In this document: one piece after another, positions 40,078 to 49,776 of the stretch
How the letters are laid out: the number at the start of each line of letters is the position of its first letter
Numbering within the stretch: the stretch's first letter is position 1
DNA from: Candidatus Latescibacterota bacterium
GTDB taxonomy: Bacteria; Latescibacterota; UBA2968; GCA-2709665
NCBI GenBank assembly: GCA_965237675.1
Contig: OZ250150.1
Location: 1,600,001-1,664,000 of the forward strand
Length of the DNA stretch: 64,000 bases
Direction: 5' to 3'
The notes under the pieces: model-generated
Told to the model about the DNA's origin: nothing
Database searches by the model: none
The model's input: the letters and a program-made list of their open reading frames with translations, nothing else
Program-made: the position numbers and the translations under genes

Positions 40078-40243
40078 TATACCTCCAATACATGCGGCCC
40101 GTGGGAGCCGCGAGAAATAAGTCTTGCCGTTTCCAACGGAAACATCTTTGGGGCGGACCGCTGCAAATGACGGTCGCCTTTTGACGCCAGGCGGCGCGCC
40201 GTCAACCACGCATCAATCGAATTTTCAAGCGCGACGGGTTTGC

Positions 40244-40846
40244 CTAATATTCTTCAGATACGGATTTGCCGATATTGATGGACAAACCAACCTGGAATGC
40301 GAAACTCTTCACGGCCAGTTCAGGCGCCACCTCCTCGCCATTGGAGAGCGGGTATTTTTCGGGTTCTCCACTGTACATGCCAATCCACTTGACCTGCAGG
40401 AAAACCGATGCCCTCTCGGTCGTGGCAAATTCCATTCCAATCAGCACATCGACCATGGCCTGTGTTCTTGAAGCTTCGACCGTCTCTACGGATAAATCGG
40501 TGGTTTCGCCAATGTCAACATCAAATTCCTGCGTGTCCTTCACGCTGCCGACCCCGCCGCCGCCCCCGACGTAGAATAGGCCTTTTTCACCCACGGGACG
40601 TTTCACAATTAAATTCAACCCACCCCCCAGCACCTTGCTGCCGGATTTGGAGAAGTAGTCGAGAAATGGCGAAAACGCGACCAACCCCTCCGAGGCATTA
40701 ATGTCGTACGCGAGTCCGATACCGGGCGTATCTTCGTCAAGGTGTATACCGGCGCCCAGCTTGAGCGTATGCTGCGCCCACGTGGTAGAAGTGGTGAGCA
40801 TTGCAGTAAAGCAAACGACAAAGAGAACGCGGATAAACGCCTGCAT
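40244..40846 (-). CDS. Small outer-membrane beta-barrel protein, paralog 2
   Basis: Signal peptide, FSPFLDYFSKSG, FYVGGGGG, VFLQVKW, FQVGLSINIG. Confidence 0.7.
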   Translation of the reverse strand: MQAFIRVLFVVCFTAMLTTSTTWAQHTLKLGAGIHLDEDTPGIGLAYDINASEGLVAFSPFLDYFSKSGSKVLGGGLNLIVKRPVGEKGLFYVGGGGGVGSVKDTQEFDVDIGETTDLSVETVEASRTQAMVDVLIGMEFATTERASVFLQVKWIGMYSGEPEKYPLSNGEEVAPELAVKSFAFQVGLSINIGKSVSEEY

Positions 40847-41108
40847 TCAAGCCTCCCTGGATTTGCTGCGGTTTTGATCGTTGGATCGATTGGATATATG
40901 TACGGTTCGACACCAACAATAATCGCTAAAACACCAGCAGAAATCAACCCAAAAACCGCCGAAGAAGATCAAGGGGCCATTCGTACGAATCCGTCCCCCG
41001 TCTTCGGTCGCCGAAACCGGAACACCATTGCCGGACATGATCGACCGTTTTGGCCACGGAAAGGGGGACCCGCACTCGCGGTGGCCCGCCACCCGTCGGA
41101 GATCGCTA

Positions 41109-41690
41109 TCAGCGCCAGAAACCGACCGTGATGCCGGCTTGCGCCGCGAAATCTCTGAGTTCCAGGTCGATCGCGTCCGGAATCGTAACGGTCCTTCCTT
41201 CAACCTGACCCGAAATGTCCACCCGGCCTCCGCCAAAGGTTCCCAGCCACTTCACCTGCAGGAAACCTCCAAGGTTTTCGTTCAAGCTGAATTCCATTCC
41301 CATTACGAAATCTGCCATCGCCTGTGTTTTCGACGCCGAGTCGGTGATGCCGGCCGAGCTTTCTTCCACATTCACGGAGGCGACGCCTCCGCCCACGCCA
41401 ATATAGAGTTGAGACTGCTCGCCTCCGGCACGTTTGACGACGAGATTGAGCCCGCCGCCGAAAAAGCGGAAGCCGGATTTGCCGAAGTAATCCACAAATG
41501 GCGATAGAGCCAGTCCCTCATCGCCCAGGTCAACAGAAACGCCTCCCCCCGGTACATAGTTGTTGAAGAACATCCCGCCACCGGCCTTGAAAGACCCGGC
41601 CAACGCGGGAGAGCAAACAAAGAGAACCGTCATTGCAGTAAAAAAGGCGTAAGATAACGAAATCGTATGCCGGGTTGTTCGACGTCTCAT
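41109..41690 (-). CDS. Small outer-membrane beta-barrel protein, paralog 3
   Basis: Signal peptide, LSPFVDYFGKSG, LYIGVGGG, GFLQVKW, AQAGITVGFWR. Confidence 0.7.
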   Translation of the reverse strand: MRRRTTRHTISLSYAFFTAMTVLFVCSPALAGSFKAGGGMFFNNYVPGGGVSVDLGDEGLALSPFVDYFGKSGFRFFGGGLNLVVKRAGGEQSQLYIGVGGGVASVNVEESSAGITDSASKTQAMADFVMGMEFSLNENLGGFLQVKWLGTFGGGRVDISGQVEGRTVTIPDAIDLELRDFAAQAGITVGFWR

Positions 41691-41721
41691 GTCAGCCAGG
41701 TTCTACCGGGATGCGTTGCAA

Positions 41722-41917
41722 GTTTTCTGTCGCGGAAATAGATTACCGAAATAGGTTCGACAAGCCGTTTCGACAGGCTAAACGAACATGACTGAGCCGG
41801 CACCCTGATCCTGTGGCGGCTAAGCCCTGCCCTGAGCCGCTCCATGAGCTCTCGCCTTGAACTCTCGCCCTGAGCTCGTCGAAGGGTGTCGAAGAGTCGG
41901 CGATGGGTGTCGAAGGG
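41722..41917. repeat. MITE A left end followed by multiply nested family B REP-like units
   Basis: TTCTGTCGCGGAAATAGATTACCGAAAT (41722-41752), then four opening halves CC(C/A/T)TGA(G/A)C and four closing halves (T/C)GTCGAAG(G/A)G, one degenerate, at 41830-41917. Confidence 0.78.
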
Positions 41918-42213
41918 CAACGTGCTCACCGCAATATATGACCGGTAAAGAACAGGCGGCAAGGGATTTTTCCATCGGGGCCCCGGCAGGATGGCTATTG
42001 CTCCCTATGACCGGTTATCCTATATTCATCATTGCCTGCCCGTACGGTTGGATGCAGAAAAATTGCGGCGAACACAACGCGCGTGGGTTCGCCGATACCG
42101 CCGGGACGCCTTGACCTGCGCGGCCCGGTGAGCGCTTTTCGGGCAGTCGTTTGCGTTGTGGCCGGTGTCTCTCAACGTGTACGGGTGAACGCCCACGATG
42201 TCCGGACACGCTT

Positions 42214-43494
42214 ATGCCTGAATCTGCCGCTTACCCGGCCGGATGCGCCCGAACACACCGCATCGCGAACCTGGCCCCCGGAGACGAGGCAATACTGGCC
42301 GGTCGGCTTGTTGCAGGCGAGGCCGCGGGTCGAGTGCGACTGATTGACGAATCCGGCGAAGTGTCCCTCGCATTCAGCCAGACTCCGGAAAATCTCCGCC
42401 CGGGAGACGTGGTGGAGTTGCAGGGAATCTGGCGGCCCCCGACATTTCAAATCAGAAGCCACCGCGTTCTGGCGCCGGCCCTGAGCCGGTCCGAAGCCGG
42501 GCCGGCACCCCGGATTCTGCGCACGCGCGCACGCGTTCTATCGTTTGTCCGACGCTTTTTCGAGGCCGCCGGCTTCCTGGAAGTCGAAACCCCGTTGCTC
42601 GTCCACAGCCCGGGCATGGAACCCCATCTGGATGCTTTCGAAACCCTCTACAACGACAATGGACGCGTTGGGCGCCTTTACCTCCCGACTTCACCCGAAT
42701 ACGCGATGAAACGCCTGCTGTCGGCCGGGTACGAACGCATCTTCCAGATCTGTAAATCCTTCCGCCAGGAAACGCCCGGCCCGATGCACAGCCCTGAATT
42801 CACACTCCTCGAATGGTACAGGGCGTATGCCGACTACACGTCCATCATGGCCGACACCGAAACCCTGATTCACGCCCTGGTGTGCGAAATCACGGGGAAA
42901 CCTACGGTCGTGTATCGGGGCCGAACCGTCGATTTCACTCCCCCGTGGCAACGCCTGACCGTGCGGGAAGCATTTGCGCGGTACGCTGGCGTGTACACCG
43001 ATCCCGCTGAGAATCCGGACGCGTTTATTCGAGAAGCCCGCCAACAGGGCCATCGGTCGGTGCGTCCCGGCGATCCGTTTGAGGTCGCTTACTTCAAGGT
43101 GTTTCTGGACGCAGTGGAAAAACACCTCGGCGCGGGGCGCCCCACCTTTCTCGTGGATTACCCGGCCGAAATGGCGGCTCTCGCCAGGTTGAAACAGAAC
43201 GCGCCCGGGATTGCGGAACGGTTCGAACTCTATGTCTCTGGCGTGGAACTCGCCAACGCTTTTACGGAACTGAACGATCCGGCCGAACAGAGAGCCCGCC
43301 TGGAAGAAGAAGCCGGGCAACGCAGAAAAAACGGTCGTCCGGCTTACCCGATCGACGAACGATTTCTGGGAGCCCTCGAAGCCGGGATGCCGCCAGCGGG
43401 TGGCATCGCCCTGGGCGTTGACCGCCTCGTGATGGTGCTTACCGATACGAAGCACATCCGCGACGTCGTCGCCATCCCGTTTGCCAGCTTGTGA
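42214..43494 (+). CDS. epmA: EF-P lysine aminoacylase EpmA (PoxA/GenX)-like with an extra N-terminal OB-fold-like region
   Basis: FLEVETP, TSPEYAMKRLL, HSPEFTLLEWYR, AERFELY..G.ELAN.F.EL.D..EQ, GIALGVDRL. Confidence 0.82.
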   Translation: MPESAAYPAGCARTHRIANLAPGDEAILAGRLVAGEAAGRVRLIDESGEVSLAFSQTPENLRPGDVVELQGIWRPPTFQIRSHRVLAPALSRSEAGPAPRILRTRARVLSFVRRFFEAAGFLEVETPLLVHSPGMEPHLDAFETLYNDNGRVGRLYLPTSPEYAMKRLLSAGYERIFQICKSFRQETPGPMHSPEFTLLEWYRAYADYTSIMADTETLIHALVCEITGKPTVVYRGRTVDFTPPWQRLTVREAFARYAGVYTDPAENPDAFIREARQQGHRSVRPGDPFEVAYFKVFLDAVEKHLGAGRPTFLVDYPAEMAALARLKQNAPGIAERFELYVSGVELANAFTELNDPAEQRARLEEEAGQRRKNGRPAYPIDERFLGALEAGMPPAGGIALGVDRLVMVLTDTKHIRDVVAIPFASL

Positions 43495-43537
43495 CTCCAG
43501 AGAACAACCCTGAAAAACCAAAGCGAAAGGATTTATT

Positions 43538-44278
43538 ATGGGCCGTTTAGACGGAAAGGTCGCGCTTGTAACCGGCGGCGGCACAGGGATTGGCAGAGCG
43601 ACCTCCCTGCTCCTGGCGTCGGAAGGGGCCGACGTGGCCGTCAACTACTCGCGTTCGAAAACCGAAGCGGAAGCCACGGCTGCTGACGTTCGCGCCCTCG
43701 GGCGAAATTCGATCGCCATCCGCGCAGATGTGGCGGTCGAGAGCGCCGTTCTTGAAATGGTGGACCGGGTGGCAGACGAACTGGGCCGCCTGGACATCCT
43801 GGTTAACAACGCGGGCACCACCGTCTTCGTGCCGCTGGCCGACCTCGAGGCCCTTACCGACGAAGCCTGGGACCCGGTCTTCGACGTCAACGTCAAAGGC
43901 GCCTTCTACTGTGCGCGGGCCGCGATATCCAGAATGCCCGAGACGGGGGGACAGATCGTCAACGTCGCCTCCATTGCGGGCACCAGCGGGCAGGGCAGTT
44001 CCATCGCGTATTGCGCCTCGAAGGCGGCGTTGATTTCTCTCACGAAGTCCCTGGCCATCAGCCAGGCGCCCCGCATTCGGACGAACGCCGTGGCCCCCGG
44101 CGTGGTGAACACCCGCTGGGTAAAAGGCTGGGACGAATTTGTCCGCGCGAATCGCGAATCCACCCCTCTCAAACGTGTCGCGGAACCTCACGAGATCGCC
44201 AATGCGATTCTGAGTCTGATCATAAACGAATACGTCACCGGACAGGTGATGGTTGTGGACGGCGGCAAAACAATATAA
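43538..44278 (+). CDS. SDR-family oxidoreductase
   Basis: TGGGTGIG, NNAG, YCASK. Confidence 0.92.
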   Translation: MGRLDGKVALVTGGGTGIGRATSLLLASEGADVAVNYSRSKTEAEATAADVRALGRNSIAIRADVAVESAVLEMVDRVADELGRLDILVNNAGTTVFVPLADLEALTDEAWDPVFDVNVKGAFYCARAAISRMPETGGQIVNVASIAGTSGQGSSIAYCASKAALISLTKSLAISQAPRIRTNAVAPGVVNTRWVKGWDEFVRANRESTPLKRVAEPHEIANAILSLIINEYVTGQVMVVDGGKTI

Positions 44279-44347
44279 CCCATATGCCCACGACCGGGTA
44301 CGGCAACGTCCACGCCAGACCCGATCCATCCCTGGCGGATCACTGAA

Positions 44348-45304
44348 ATGTCACCCCAGACAATTGCTGTCATCGGCCTGGGCACGATGGGCCATGGTAT
44401 CGCGCAGGCGTTCGCGGCTGCAGGCCACGCGGTCCGCTGCTACGACGAATCCGCCGCGGCCCGGGAATCTCTGTATCGCCGTATAGAATCAAACCTGCGG
44501 CAACGTATTCAGGCAGGGATGGACACCTCCGGTTCGGCACGGGAAACGCTTGAACGAATTGCCGTGTACGACAGGGAGGCGGAGGCGGTTGAACCGGCCC
44601 GGTTCGTCACCGAAGCCGTTCGGGAAGACCTGGACGTCAAGCGGGAACTCTTCGCCAGAATCGAGACCATCGTCTCACGGGCAACCATTCTGGCCAGCAA
44701 CACGTCTTCTTTTCCCATCACCGAAATTGCGCGGGACCTTCGAAATCCGGGGCGGGCCGTGGTTACCCACTGGTTCAACCCCCCACATATCGTACCACTC
44801 GTGGAGGTCGTACCTGGAAAACGCACGACCGGGCGAACCGTGGAAAACACCGTCGATCTCTTGAAGCGGATCGGTAAATTGCCAGTGCGCCTCAAGCAGG
44901 AGATTCCCGGTTTCCTGGTCAACCGAATCCAGGTGGCCATGTGTCGCGAAGTCTGGGATCTGCTGGATCGGGGCGTTGCCGATCCCGAAGACATCGACCG
45001 GGCGGTTAGAGCCAGCATCGGCTTTCGCCTGGCCGCAACCGGCCCCCTCTCGGTTCGAGACTTCGCGGGCCTTGACGTCTCGTCCCTCGTTTACGAAATC
45101 CTCGTTTCTGAAATCCGTTCCGACGTCGAACTCCCGCAGAACGTACGAAAACTGGTTGACGAGGGACACTACGGCGTAAAGACGGGTCGCGGATTCTACG
45201 AGTACACGTCCGAATCCATCGATCGGGAACGAAACCGGCGGGACCGGCTCTTCCTTGCCCTTCTCAAACTACTCTATGAAGATGAAAATGCCGGAGGACG
45301 ATGA
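44348..45304 (+). CDS. 3-hydroxyacyl-CoA dehydrogenase family protein
   Basis: IGLGTMGHGIA, EAV.E.L..K, ASNTSS, HWFNPP, PGFLVNRIQ, G.KTG.GFY. Confidence 0.92.
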   Translation: MSPQTIAVIGLGTMGHGIAQAFAAAGHAVRCYDESAAARESLYRRIESNLRQRIQAGMDTSGSARETLERIAVYDREAEAVEPARFVTEAVREDLDVKRELFARIETIVSRATILASNTSSFPITEIARDLRNPGRAVVTHWFNPPHIVPLVEVVPGKRTTGRTVENTVDLLKRIGKLPVRLKQEIPGFLVNRIQVAMCREVWDLLDRGVADPEDIDRAVRASIGFRLAATGPLSVRDFAGLDVSSLVYEILVSEIRSDVELPQNVRKLVDEGHYGVKTGRGFYEYTSESIDRERNRRDRLFLALLKLLYEDENAGGR

Positions 45305-45400
45305 AGGCGCCCCGGTTGATTCACGCAGTCCGTTTGAGAAAAGGCGGGACGACGCGATGTGCGTTTCCCGCCAAACATGGGTAGGCGTACGCCCGGTTGG

Positions 45401-45433
45401 CCTGCCTGCGCCAAGCAACGCGCGGCAGGCAGG
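45401..45433. repeat. Family C mini-hairpin
   Basis: CCTGCCTGCGCCAAGCAACGCGCGGCAGGCAGG. Confidence 0.6.
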
Positions 45434-45454
45434 CGCCTGAACGCTCGCCGTCTT

Positions 45455-46534
45455 TCAATCCACGTTCGGGCCAATCCGAATCGAGTGCGCTTTCACCAGG
45501 CACATTACCGGGTCGCCAACCCTCAGGCCCAACTCCTCCAACGCCTCCAGGGTGACCTCCACGGCGAGCCGTTTTCCCACGTCCACGTAGACCAGCTGTT
45601 TACCATCCACGTCCGTCATGTCAAGGATCCGGCCCCGCATCGCGTTGCGAATGCTCAACCCCTTTGGCTGATTCCTGCTCAGAATGATGTCATTTGCGCG
45701 TATGCCGATGAAAATACGGCTTCCCACCGGCCTGTCGCAGGGAGGCACCCGAAGATCCCGATCTCCAAAACGCACACGGCAGCCCTTCCGGACCCCATCG
45801 TGCGCGACCACCTCCACCGGCAGCACATTTTCGAATCCGTGCGCCTCGACCAGCGGCAGCACCTCCGGGTGTTGAGCGACGTGAAAAAAATCGCCGTGCG
45901 CCAGAACGCGTCCGGCTTTCAAGACAATCACCTGCCCCGTCAATTCCAGAATCTCCGCGACCGAGTGGCTCACGTAGAGTATGGGAATGCCGAGGTCCGA
46001 TCTGATGTGCCGCAGGTACGGAATAATGCGGTCTTTCAATTCCTGATCCAGCGAAGCCAGCGGTTCATCCATCAGGAGCAACTCCGGCGAGGCCAGAATC
46101 GCCCGCCCCAGCGCCACCCGTTGCCGCTCGCCGCCCGACAGCCGCATGGGTCGCATGTCCAGCAATGCCGTCAATCCCAGAAGGTCCACAATCGGTCCGA
46201 CCTCGAACCGGCGCGAGTCCGGAGACAGCAGATCGTACCCGTATCGCAGATTCTGCATCACCGTCAGGTGCGGAAACAGCAGGTCCTCCTGAAATACGTA
46301 CCCCACGCGGCGTTGTTCGGGTGGCAGATTGAGGTTCATATCGGAAGAAAAGAGCACGCGATCGCCCAGTTGGATTTCGCCGGCGTCCGGCCGCAGGAGT
46401 CCGGCCACGAGGTTCAACAGCGTGGTTTTCCCCGCTCCGGAAGGTCCGAAAATCGCCGTTACCGGGTACGGACAGTCCACGGCCACGTTCAATGTAAATG
46501 CCGACAGCGTCCGGCTCGCCCGGATGGATAGCAC
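45455..46534 (-). CDS. modC: Molybdate ABC transporter ATP-binding protein
   Basis: GPSGAGKTT, LSGGERQR, MDEP; C-terminal TOBE domain LSIRN...G, LVKA. Confidence 0.92.
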   Translation of the reverse strand: MLSIRASRTLSAFTLNVAVDCPYPVTAIFGPSGAGKTTLLNLVAGLLRPDAGEIQLGDRVLFSSDMNLNLPPEQRRVGYVFQEDLLFPHLTVMQNLRYGYDLLSPDSRRFEVGPIVDLLGLTALLDMRPMRLSGGERQRVALGRAILASPELLLMDEPLASLDQELKDRIIPYLRHIRSDLGIPILYVSHSVAEILELTGQVIVLKAGRVLAHGDFFHVAQHPEVLPLVEAHGFENVLPVEVVAHDGVRKGCRVRFGDRDLRVPPCDRPVGSRIFIGIRANDIILSRNQPKGLSIRNAMRGRILDMTDVDGKQLVYVDVGKRLAVEVTLEALEELGLRVGDPVMCLVKAHSIRIGPNVD

Positions 46535-46535
46535 G

Positions 46536-47228
46536 TCAGTTCCTCCTCAATCGTCGGGCTACCGCCTCGCTGGCCACCAGGGCCGCAAAAGACAATATCA
46601 CGGAAAGAACCGCCAGCCGGACGACGGCCGCGTCACCCCCCGGCCGGTTGATATACGTGAAAATGGCCAGGGGTAGTGTCCGGGTCTCACCGGCGATATT
46701 CGACACAAAAGTGATCGTGGCGCCGAATTCTCCCAGGCTTCTTGCGAATGCCAGCAACGCGCCAGCCAGCAGCCCGGGCGCGGCCAGTCGCATCGTTACC
46801 GTCAGGAAGACCCTGAGGCGGCCGGCGCCCAGGGTGCGCGCAGCGTGTTCGAGGCGTGGATCCACCGCTTCAATGGCCAGCCGGATGGCGCGGAGCGCAA
46901 GAGGAAATCCCACTACGGCCGATGCAATCGCCGCCCCTTTCCACGTAAAGGCCACCTGGATTCCCAGCGACTCCTCCAGAAAACCGCCCAGAATGCCCCT
47001 GCGGCTGAAGAGCAAGAGGAGTACGTATCCGGTCACCACGGGCGGCAGCACCAGGGGCAGATGGCACAAACCGTCCAGCAGCATTTTGCCCTTGAATTCG
47101 CCACGGGCCAGCGCCCATCCCAAAATGACCGCCGGAGGAAGGCTCAACAACACGCAGACCAGCCCCACGCGCAGCGAGAGGGCCAGAACCATCCACTCTT
47201 CGGAAGTCAACAAGACATCCAACTCCAT
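46536..47228 (-). CDS. modB: Molybdate ABC transporter permease
   Basis: HLPLVLPPVVTGY, FARSLGEFGATITFVSNI.GETRTLPLAI. Confidence 0.93.
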   Translation of the reverse strand: MELDVLLTSEEWMVLALSLRVGLVCVLLSLPPAVILGWALARGEFKGKMLLDGLCHLPLVLPPVVTGYVLLLLFSRRGILGGFLEESLGIQVAFTWKGAAIASAVVGFPLALRAIRLAIEAVDPRLEHAARTLGAGRLRVFLTVTMRLAAPGLLAGALLAFARSLGEFGATITFVSNIAGETRTLPLAIFTYINRPGGDAAVVRLAVLSVILSFAALVASEAVARRLRRN

Positions 47229-47893
47229 CAGAAGCCGACTCCCCGGGGGAATCTGTCGATAGTCTTTTCAACAGTCAGTGACGGACGTGTAAGTAAAAGC
47301 AGGCCCTGTCGGGAAAAGAACCGAAATGCTGCGGTCCAACGGTCGCACCGCGATGCAGCACCCGCTTCCTGCTCGTCCCGGCGTGTGGACCTGATTATAT
47401 AACATGGATCGAACTACCGATCAAGCCGGTTCTATTCACTGTACTTCCTCTGAAAGAGCCGCGCCCCGGCGGTTGAAGCGCAATTTTCAAAATGGGTCTG
47501 GACTCGCAAGAAAAAGGATGCAAACCGATCGCTGAGTAACGGCTTGAAGAAATCCAGACGCCGGGGGAGGGTGGCCGTTCAGGATAGTCTTGAAATCAAG
47601 TTCCTCAAGACTTCCATACCTGTATCTCATTTCATCGAGACTGACTTCGCCATTCTCAAAGGACCACGTCATCACCAGGTTCAACGCCCCTGATCACGAT
47701 TCCCACCCTTGATTCTTTGCGCAGTGACGGGATTATCGCCATCGCCGCATAGTGGTTTCGGGTTGAGTGGGTTTGTGACGTGTCCGCGGATGCACTGTTA
47801 TCGGCTGTCGCTAAGGATCAGGTCGCCACTTACAACGCTCAAGATCGGGGCCACAATCCGGCGTGCAACACAGGCCTGGTTGTGTTTCTTTTT

Positions 47894-48931
47894 TCAGAGG
47901 TCCTCCATCCATTCAAGGACGAACCGTTCGCCGTTGAGATATTTCTTACAGGCACGTTCTATAAAACAGGACAGCGTCGGGAAATCCGCCTTTGGATTCT
48001 CCGTCCGCCAGGATAGCAGGCGAATGCAGGATTCGACAAAGAAACTTTCGATTGTCTGTAGATAATTGTCGGGCAACGTGTGCTGTTGCCTGTAACCGTC
48101 GAGAAAAGCCTGACAAAGCGTGGGACTCATGGGGTTCACGGCGAAGCACCATCCCACATCGGCCAGGAAATACCCGAAGCAACACCAGTCAAAATCAATG
48201 GGACGGATCTCGTCCCGATGTACAATGCAGTTGCCGCACGAGAAATCCCCATGAAGTAATCCCCAGTCTTGTGGAGATTTGTCCATTCCTGCGACATCGG
48301 CAATGAGACGGGAAGCAGCCTGTTCCATAACTGCGAAATCACCGGCGCCAATGCGGCCTTGGTCTGCGGCCAGACGTAAGTGGTTCAGGTTCCGGGACAG
48401 GTCTTCGGTTTCGCTCCCGGGACGAAAGAAGCCTTCGGGAAGGGTCCATTGACTGCTGTGCCTGTGGAGTTTGCCGAGGACAGTTCCCACATTGTGTAGC
48501 ATTCCTGAAGGCAGGTCAACGAACGCCTCGTCACTGTAGTTGTCCCAGACCATCTCGCCTTCGACCCAACGCAGAAGCGTGATGAGAAAGGAATTTTCGA
48601 CATCGGACTGGACGTCGGTGATGAAGTCGCCTGACCCGCTGCGGATGGGTTTCTGAATGACCAGATCGGTGTCGCGGTTCAAGGCTTCGATCCAGAGAAG
48701 GTGGGAATTGATGGCCGTTCGATAGCTATGGATGTCCCGGTCACCGTGGGTATAATACACGGTGATAAGGAAACTGCCATTTGCCCCGGCTGCACGGAAC
48801 TTGACCATGTGGTAGCCGGAAAAGCCTATATGGCCCACTTCTTTGCTCTCGTCGATGTCGACTTCCCCTATATCGTAGTTTTCCAGGGCCAGTCTGGCGG
48901 CGTGAATAAAGTGGAGAAGATGTTCTTTCAT
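47894..48931 (-). CDS. Aminoglycoside phosphotransferase / homoserine kinase type II-like kinase
   Basis: LGKLH, LLHGDF...N, IDFDWC.FG...D. Confidence 0.85.
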   Translation of the reverse strand: MKEHLLHFIHAARLALENYDIGEVDIDESKEVGHIGFSGYHMVKFRAAGANGSFLITVYYTHGDRDIHSYRTAINSHLLWIEALNRDTDLVIQKPIRSGSGDFITDVQSDVENSFLITLLRWVEGEMVWDNYSDEAFVDLPSGMLHNVGTVLGKLHRHSSQWTLPEGFFRPGSETEDLSRNLNHLRLAADQGRIGAGDFAVMEQAASRLIADVAGMDKSPQDWGLLHGDFSCGNCIVHRDEIRPIDFDWCCFGYFLADVGWCFAVNPMSPTLCQAFLDGYRQQHTLPDNYLQTIESFFVESCIRLLSWRTENPKADFPTLSCFIERACKKYLNGERFVLEWMEDL

Positions 48932-49034
48932 AGGCTTTCAACCCGGGTTTCGACGAATTGAATCTTGAAGTCGGGATTGGTCGTTCTGGTGGCAAGTATG
49001 CTCCCGGAGTATTTTGTGCCGTGCCGAGCGAGTT

Positions 49035-49733
49035 TCAATCCGAGCACGAGTCGAGGCCCTGTTTCTTGCGTGCTACCAATAGTGTATTCGGCGGCTCCCG
49101 CCACGCGAATTCAGCGTTAAATCCGGCTTCCCGCAGGGCGGCGAGCTCATCGTCGAGCGGGAAGTAAGTGTCTTCGGAGGCCCACTCGTCGAAGTGTTCA
49201 TAGGCGCGCTGTTCGTCGATGCCGCACGAAACCAGGTGGGCCGCCCAGATGCGGTAACACCGCTCCCGTTCCACCGGGTGTGCGCTTATGATCACGTCGG
49301 CGTTCACGAACAGCCCGCCGGGGCGGAGCGCCCGGAAAACCTGCTCGTACAGGGCATGCTTGCGTTCCATCGCAGGAATATGGTGCAGGGCCAGTGAAGC
49401 GGCCACGGCGTCACACGCGGGGAGCGGAGCCTCGAATGAACACTTGCGGAAACGCGCTCGGGATCCGAATCGCTTCAGCCGGGTGCGGGCCCGGTCCAGC
49501 ATCTCCCCATCGACGTCGATGGCTTCGACGGCGCCCACGCTTGCGTGTTCGAGCACCACCTCGGCCAGAGCCCCCGTTCCCGTGCCCAGGTCCAGCACCA
49601 GGGCGGGGCGTATGCCGGCGATTTCACGGGCGATCCGGTTCAATCCTTCCTCGTAGCCCGGGATGAACCGCCGGATGGTCTCGTCGTAGGCATCGATCTT
49701 AAGACGAAGATGGCTGCGGACGGAGTGATTCAT
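49035..49733 (-). CDS. Class I SAM-dependent methyltransferase
   Basis: LDLGTGTG, SLALHH, LRPGG.FVNAD. Confidence 0.88.
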   Translation of the reverse strand: MNHSVRSHLRLKIDAYDETIRRFIPGYEEGLNRIAREIAGIRPALVLDLGTGTGALAEVVLEHASVGAVEAIDVDGEMLDRARTRLKRFGSRARFRKCSFEAPLPACDAVAASLALHHIPAMERKHALYEQVFRALRPGGLFVNADVIISAHPVERERCYRIWAAHLVSCGIDEQRAYEHFDEWASEDTYFPLDDELAALREAGFNAEFAWREPPNTLLVARKKQGLDSCSD

Positions 49734-49776
49734 TCACTTTCCCTGATCCGGGCTCGCCCGTGACGACAATACAACT

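Noticed and set aside
36888-41917. CRISPR array interpretation of the repeated GTCGAAG/TTCGAC units
   Set aside because: The units are nested or adjacent without unique, regularly sized spacers, and no cas genes are present.
42151-43494. Annotation as canonical lysyl-tRNA synthetase
   Set aside because: Too short, and motifs are EpmA-type (TSPEYAMKRLL, LEWYR) rather than LysRS-type (IAPELYLKRL).
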